A DNA stretch of 64,000 nt from assembly GCA_964035545.1 (NCBI GenBank), contig OZ037773.1:7531751-7595750 (forward strand). The letters are read 5' to 3'. Numbering within the stretch: position 1 is the first letter of the stretch; every line of letters starts with the position of its first letter. The notes beneath the pieces are model-generated. The model was not told where the DNA came from and made no database searches. It saw only the letters and a program-made list of their open reading frames with translations. The translations under genes were made by a program, and so were the position numbers. Positions 49,200 through 64,000 of the stretch are shown here, piece after piece. The DNA is from Bugula neritina (Eukaryota > Animalia > Bryozoa).

Positions 49200-52177
49200 A
49201 TGTACATAATAGCCAGTCTTTTGCTGTATGCATTAGTGCCACCAATCATTTCTGATGAATGCAGTGATATCAATAATGACAAATCTAATAGAGGGTGGAA
49301 ATACATAGATAAACTCAAAGGTCAAAAGTAAGTAAGGTCTTTCTGAATTCCTGCCAATCTCAATTTATCTTGTTTTATTTTATTAAGACTATTTATGTGT
49401 CCATTATCAACTTGATTGGTAGTTGTTTTCCCTTATATATAAATATTGCAATTTTCATGTCAAATTATATTTTAGCTGGTGTTATTCATCCGGACTTTGT
49501 CATAAAATCAATTATGCTTAAGTTTTGGTAGTCAGCGAGATCTTTAGAATATACATCTCAACCATCTTGTGGATAAGTTAAACAACTTTACCATTTGAGT
49601 TTATATTCATATTTAATTTTGCAGAATTGATTTAAAGGTTGATGGTTTGAACTCAACGTATACCATAGGTGTGTGCGCTAATGTGCTGCCTGAAAATCAA
49701 ACGGAGTATGCAGGGGCTATTGAAAACACTCAGGACAATCAAACCATAATAATTGGGAGGTACAACAGCAGTGAGCTCATGTCGGGAGGTGTGTGTGACC
49801 ACCCGCCTTTTTCTCAATTAGTCATATCTCAAGTTCAGGGTTTATAGAGCCATTTTACTTTGTGTTTCTTCTAGATTTTTCTAAACTGTAATGTTTGCAC
49901 CTGTCCTTAATTTCCTTTGCTACTATTATTAATGCTTGCTATACTATTTATTACTACTACTACTACTACTACTAAATACTACTACCCTTACCACCACCAC
50001 TACTAAAATATATTATTCTTCAGGTCACTGGATTCTACTGAAGTACTACAATGGTGAGCCATACGACAATATCTGCAGTAACTCCAAGAGACATGCTGCC
50101 ATCATGTTTGTGTGCGACCACAGAGTTCATGAGGTTTGTGTCAATATTTAATGCGCTGCCATGATTTGTGCACAGGATTTTCTCTCAATTCTGGAAGTTA
50201 TTTTCTCTCTTAGTTATAAGCATGAAATCTTAACTTATATGAAATACATTTCTGATACTTGAACATTTTGCAAATATATATATTCTTCTCTTGGCATGAT
50301 TTTCTTTGGATAAAATGAATTATCTGCTAAAACTTTTCGAATGCAAAGGTAATATATTTTTAAACCAAACTTGTCAAATTTGCAATGTCTTTACAAATTT
50401 TACCCTTTATCGGCGGTGAGTAACATTTATTTTAAAAAAAAACAATCTGTTGTTATAGTTCAATTCATAAAGAAATACAAAAATTTTTTGCTAGCTTCTG
50501 ATTTCACATCAAGTTATGGTGCATTTACTTATAAAACATGTGTTTACGAAAATCATAATGTTACGATGTTTCTTTTAATTCACAACTTGAAAAGGGTAAT
50601 TTTGAAAAAAGCAACTCTCGAAAGTTATAGTCATTTTGAAGATAATGTATTTTACTACCAGCCAACCTCATAAGTGTCATGTTGTGACAAAAGCAGTGTA
50701 ACTTTCTCCGCCATATTTGTAGTTTAAGACAGCCATGATAGTTGATGAGAATCTGGGCCGACAGAAAGATTGCTACCATTTGTTTGAAGTTGAACACTGT
50801 GTCGCCTGCATTGATGACGGCTGCAACGCCTTCTTCCATAGATATAGCCCGGGTACCATTATATTAATGGGGTGAGTACATCGCCAGCCTGGAACCCACC
50901 CTATCTTGGTATAAGTTATAGACCTGGCTAAGCTTTGATCCAGTGAACATATCCTCTTGCAATCAGCTGGTTGTTTATGACCGGATCTTTTGAGACTTTA
51001 TAGAAGTCGTTCAGTTTGCTTAGATGATGAAAGTTGAGTGAAAGGGTTACAATGAAATGTCAAGGACATATTATCCTTATTAGCTGTAGCGAATATTTCA
51101 TTTCGTCTGCTGCATCTGCGTACTCCGCGCTATACGACTGTTGAATCCCTTATATATTTCAATGTACATATATATATTGTATATTCAATCTATATTTAAT
51201 GTATATATTTTTATTTTAATATAATATACTACACAATTTTTTTTACTTTGTAAGCCTTGCATTATAATAGTATTGACTTATTTTTAGCATTTCTATAATT
51301 TTTTCCTAGTAGATGTAATTGCGATGCTCTCTGTTTATATTTTAGCCTAGGTTCTTTGATAGTAACCTACTTATTTTTTGGGTGGCTGATTCTGCGCTGC
51401 TTATGTAAAAGAAAAGGCTGGAGACAAATTCCTAATGCTCTGTTTTGGAAAGAGATAGGACATCTTCAGGCTGTAAGTTGGGTCGTTGTATATTGTAGAA
51501 GCTCAGTCTATGTCACTTGAACTCCAATTCTATATTACTAGTGATTTATGTGCAATTGTCTTCCCATGGTAAGATAGTTGTGATGTCATCACTTTGAATC
51601 AGATAAAATCATCTTATTAAATTGTTTTCAGCTGCAGTATTAACTTGGTTACTTTTCAATTTCACTCAGTCACTCTACCATTTCACTCAGTTACTTTTCA
51701 ATTTCACTCAGTCACTCTACCATTTCACTCAGTCACTCTACCATTTCACTTAGTTACTCTACCATTTCACTTAGTTACTCTACCATTTCACTCAGTCACT
51801 CTACCATTTCACTTAGTTACTCTACCATTTCACTCAGTCACTCTACCATTTCACTCAGTCACTCTACCATTTCACTTAGTTACTCTACCATTTCACTCAG
51901 TCACTCTACCATTTCACTCAGTCACTCTACCATTTCACTCAGTCACTTTACCCTTTCACTCAGTTACTCTACCATTTCACTCAGTCACTCTACCATTTCA
52001 CTCAGTCACTCTATTAACACATATTTCATCTACCAGGACGGCTGCAACATGGTGTGCAGATGTGGAAAGAGACCTGAAGATGAATATAATCTGCTATCCG
52101 GGGAATCTAATGTTAGTAACCCTCATTCTTCCACTTCACTCTTTGATGCTGAAGACGACAATATACTTCCTCTGTAG
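49200..52177 (+). CDS. M6PR: Cation-dependent mannose-6-phosphate receptor-like protein (272 aa)
   Basis: Exons 49200-49327 (signal peptide), 49625-49788, 50024-50133 (WILLKYYNGEPYDNICSNSKRHAAIMFVC), 50723-50871 (DCYHLFE), 51346-51472 (TM; KGWRQIPNALFW), 52037-52177 (DGCNMVCR...EDDNILPL*). Colinear with vertebrate CD-MPR, including the acidic-dileucine-type tail. Confidence 0.92.
51645..52012. repeat. 21-bp minisatellite (ttcactcagtcactctaccat)n
   Basis: About 17 tandem units immediately upstream of the last M6PR exon; source of ORF 51645-52286. Confidence 0.92.
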
Positions 52178-53850
52178 TTGCTTTCACAGGAAGTCAGTCG
52201 ACATTGCTGATTATGTGGGACCTGACCAGTGTGTACAACTTTTATCATTAGGCCAGTTAAATTTTGACTTTGCATATTGTAACTAGTTGCTTTTTCCCTG
52301 GTACATCAATTGTAATCTTTTTTTCTGATTATTTGACTATATTTTCAGTGTTATCAACATTTGGTGCCATCATTGTCTTATCCTGTCACTTGCTCTTCAC
52401 GTCACCTGTTATACTTGTCAACATATCCGTATATGTCTTAGTATATTCAATTATATTTTAAATTACTCGCAAATGTTTACTGTTTTTCCTCGTAATTGTT
52501 ATGTTTGTTATACAAACTTTCAAGACTTGTAAGTTTGCATCTGATATTTTTTTATAATTTAGTTTCAATAAATTGGAACTTATATTTTTTAGCAAGTCCA
52601 CTGTTTTTGTAAATTATTCACACATGATTATGAGGGTTTATGCAGCCATAATTGTTCATTTTGTGCACGCACACTCGCTCACACACACTCACGCATATTA
52701 TTTAAGCACACATCCATACTGGCTTAACCCAACGTAGGCTCAGTATCTTGCCTGCAAATAGAACTAGCTTCATCGATACATCATGCAGTAGATTGCAACT
52801 GTATGCCATCATAGGGAGATAAAAGCATGCTTTTACTCAAAATTTGTCAATTCATGTTCATAAACTACTTGCGTGGAATCTAATTAAAAATGCTGCTTAA
52901 TGTGTAATTAGCCCAACAAATTTCCAAAATAAAAATAATCCATGTTGAAAGATAATGTAGGCTATTGCATTTTTCATTGAGTGTGTTATTATAGTAACCA
53001 TAATTATTTCTAATACCGCCACACTTCATCATTTTGATATATAATATTTTATCATAAATATGTAATTGATTAGTATTTAAATATTGCACTATTTCAATAC
53101 CAATCAATCATACTTGCATAGATTACTAACAAGCTACATGTCATTTTTATTTTCCACTCACACCAGACCAGCTTAACACCTTAACCAGAGTAACTGTAGA
53201 GCATTATGATAACTAGCAAATCGCGTACATGACTACCAGTGCTGCATGATAGAGACGCGCCTTTTGTGTATTAGTTTTCCTCTCCTGGTTTTATCTCTGT
53301 TTTCTGGATGCTTCAGAAATGTTGCCACAAAAAGCAGAAATTTCATCATAAAATTTGACAGCCAATAAATGAAGAGCACTTTCTTACATTAACTGTGAAA
53401 CAGCTATAGCTATGACCAGATACTATATATTTTTTGCTGCATGCATTCAGGAAATTGTTTTAAAATCTGTTAATCTAACCAATATATAATACAATAAATT
53501 TATTGACTTTATTGATTGAGCATCAAAGCATATATATGCCAATTAAGTTCAAGGCGAGCCATATCTAGAATTACATATATAATACTATTGTAAATTTCTT
53601 GATTAAATTTATTCCTAAGGCTTTGGATTAGTCAAAACTTTCTCACAATAATTGCGATATATGATAGTTACTTTGTAAAATCAAAACATCAAAGTATACT
53701 ATGTATACGGAATGTTTTTAAAAATATTAGATATACTTTTTGCAAAACTAATGAAGCTAAGCAAAATCTGACAAGCAAAAAAGGATAGATAATTACTGCT
53801 ATCTATGTAGCTCGGATATAACTTGAAGATGTTTTTTAATTTTTGTCAAG

Positions 53851-53987
53851 TATAAAAGCCAAACTAACTACTCTGCTATCCAGGTTTGAGCTCATTTTAG
53901 CAGCAAACAGAGTATCAAACATGGGCTCGATGTGACCCACCCTTATATCAGACAAGCACAGTCAAAATTTACAAACATATAGCTACG
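53851..53987 (+). promoter_or_regulatory. Candidate TATA box and non-coding first exon of the CTHRC1-domain gene
   Basis: TATAAAAG at 53851-53858; G|GTATGT donor at 53988; next acceptor at 54857 just before the ATG. Confidence 0.45.
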
Positions 53988-53994
53988 GTATGTG

Positions 53995-54493
53995 CCAAGG
54001 TTGGGGTAATTGTGATTTGTAGCTGTAATTGGTTGTAATTAATTACACTTTTCAAGTAATTGAATGTAATTTGTAATTGATGTATAAAAATGTAATTGTA
54101 ATTGTAATTAATTACATTGCTAATGTAATTGAATTGTACAATTGCTTTATAATTACATAACAAAAATATTTCTTTTTAAATTTTAAAAAATTCACATTTT
54201 TCCTGCCTCGCCTACTGTTTAATAAAAAGTTCTGATTAATTCAATCTCGTATTTATCACCCTATTCATTACTGTTGAGAACAAGGGAGGTTTTCGGTTGT
54301 CAAAACTGCCCTGGGTAGTTGGACCCCAGAAGTGAGATTATATAACTTTTATTTGTCTCTTGTGAGAACAAAAGTAATTGTAATTGTAATTAATTACATT
54401 TATTTCAACTGTAACTATAATTGTAATTGACAAATTCTCATTCAATTGTAAGTGTAATTAATTACATTCATATGTAATTGACCCCAACCATGG
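53995..54493. mobile_element. Non-autonomous DNA element (MITE-like) with GTAATTAATTAC subterminal repeats
   Basis: Ends ccaaggttggggtaatt / aattgaccccaaccatgg are imperfect inverted repeats; many gtaatt motifs near both ends; no clear TSD. Confidence 0.7.
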
Positions 54494-54872
54494 TAACAGT
54501 GCATTATGTATTGTAGTAGCTGCCCACGCACAGCTACAGACTTCCAAGAATGGTGTTTGAATTAAGTTCGTTTCTGCCTAGCATCATTATATATTTATCT
54601 GTGGTTGTAATATAAAACTAGCAATTGTATAAAACACAGGAAATTAAAGGAATTAAAATTATGAGTCTATACATATAACTTAATTATTCTTCTTTATGGA
54701 CTGAGTTATGAATGAAGTTTATAAACAAAACAGCTATAAATTTTAATCAATAATCTTTATTGCACCTACACTAGACTATTCCTGTTACTCTCATACTTAT
54801 TGTTTGACTTGAGTGTCTGTTTAAAGCTGCCTGCACTGCTTTTAAATTTTGTCATAGGTTAAGAGTTCAGCC

Positions 54873-63287
<8,415 letters not shown>

Positions 63288-64000
63288 GTACGTCAAACAA
63301 CTATTTCATAATTTGCAGTAGTATTCCTAAGTCAGTGGGCTGGAAGCTAATGATGATCGCATCAAATCTTAATGAACTAGATAGTCCTGACAAAATCTGG
63401 TTGCTTACATACTGAATAAAGTAGTTAATTTAACCTATAACCTAAAATAATTGGAAAGGTGGGAGAGACTAATATTAATTTAATGAGGATTGAGAGTCAC
63501 AAACTATTCTGTTTTCATAATTTATAGCCTTGATTATTAATACTAAACATACCATTCTAAGATATTAGATGCCTATAGAGTCGCCTTCATCTTAGTATGG
63601 CAAAGCATTGAGCATAAAACACTAATTGAGATCATGCTTTAAAACTTTTAAAATTCCAATTAAATTTCACTAGCACTGGAAATATTAATATTTGTAGTAA
63701 AAAAGTCGTCATAGGAATACCGCGGTTATATAGGAAAGCTGTTGAAAAGTTGCCATAAGATCACTATTAAAGTACACTATGTATATATTTCTATATAACA
63801 GAAAATGCTATATTACAGCTACCAAGAATATTGTTTATTGCACAAATCTTATTTTAAATTGATTATAAGGCTGGCCTAGTAACATATGAGGTCAGTAGTT
63901 AAGCCAAAAACCGGCGGTTATGTTAGTCATAATATTGTTCCTATGTAGCTCAATTGCATAAAAATGTTTGCCATGGATGGAGACTGTAAAAACACCAGCA

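Noticed and set aside
51645-52286. 213-aa FHSVTLP-repeat ORF
   Set aside because: 21-bp minisatellite; the real M6PR exon 52037-52177 is in another frame.

Overview
AT-rich, intron-rich animal (invertebrate-like) genomic DNA; the species cannot be determined from sequence alone. Most ORF-track entries are exon fragments, antisense shadows or repeat artefacts, so I rebuilt gene models by hand from splice signals and reading-frame phase. The left half (1-32.2 kb) holds a cluster of six related small secreted-protein genes (A-, B+, C+, D-, E+, F-). They share one blueprint: TATA box, non-coding exon 1, signal-peptide exon, Tyr- or Lys/Ser-rich linker exon, phase-1 thrombospondin type-1 (TSP1/TSR) exons, and a terminal micro-exon ending in Tyr (GGYY*, GPYY*, CYSYGLY*). 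Gene A runs off the left edge. Gene C has 8 TSRs, six near-identical. D, E and F are recent paralogues with a conserved CRE/AP-1/ETS/TATA promoter. E has lost its TSR by an in-frame internal deletion, leaving a 41-aa cationic peptide, and F has a Ser-Ser-X expansion. The right half holds a full-length decayed Tc1/mariner element, MSH2 (minus strand, 23 coding exons, ~910 aa) head-to-head with a cation-dependent mannose-6-phosphate receptor (272 aa, altered ligand residues), and a gene running off the right edge with signal peptide + PAN/apple + Cys-rich module + at least three tandem CTHRC1 C-terminal domains and no collagen segment. tRNA-derived SINEs, MITE-like palindromes, minisatellites and microsatellites are also present.
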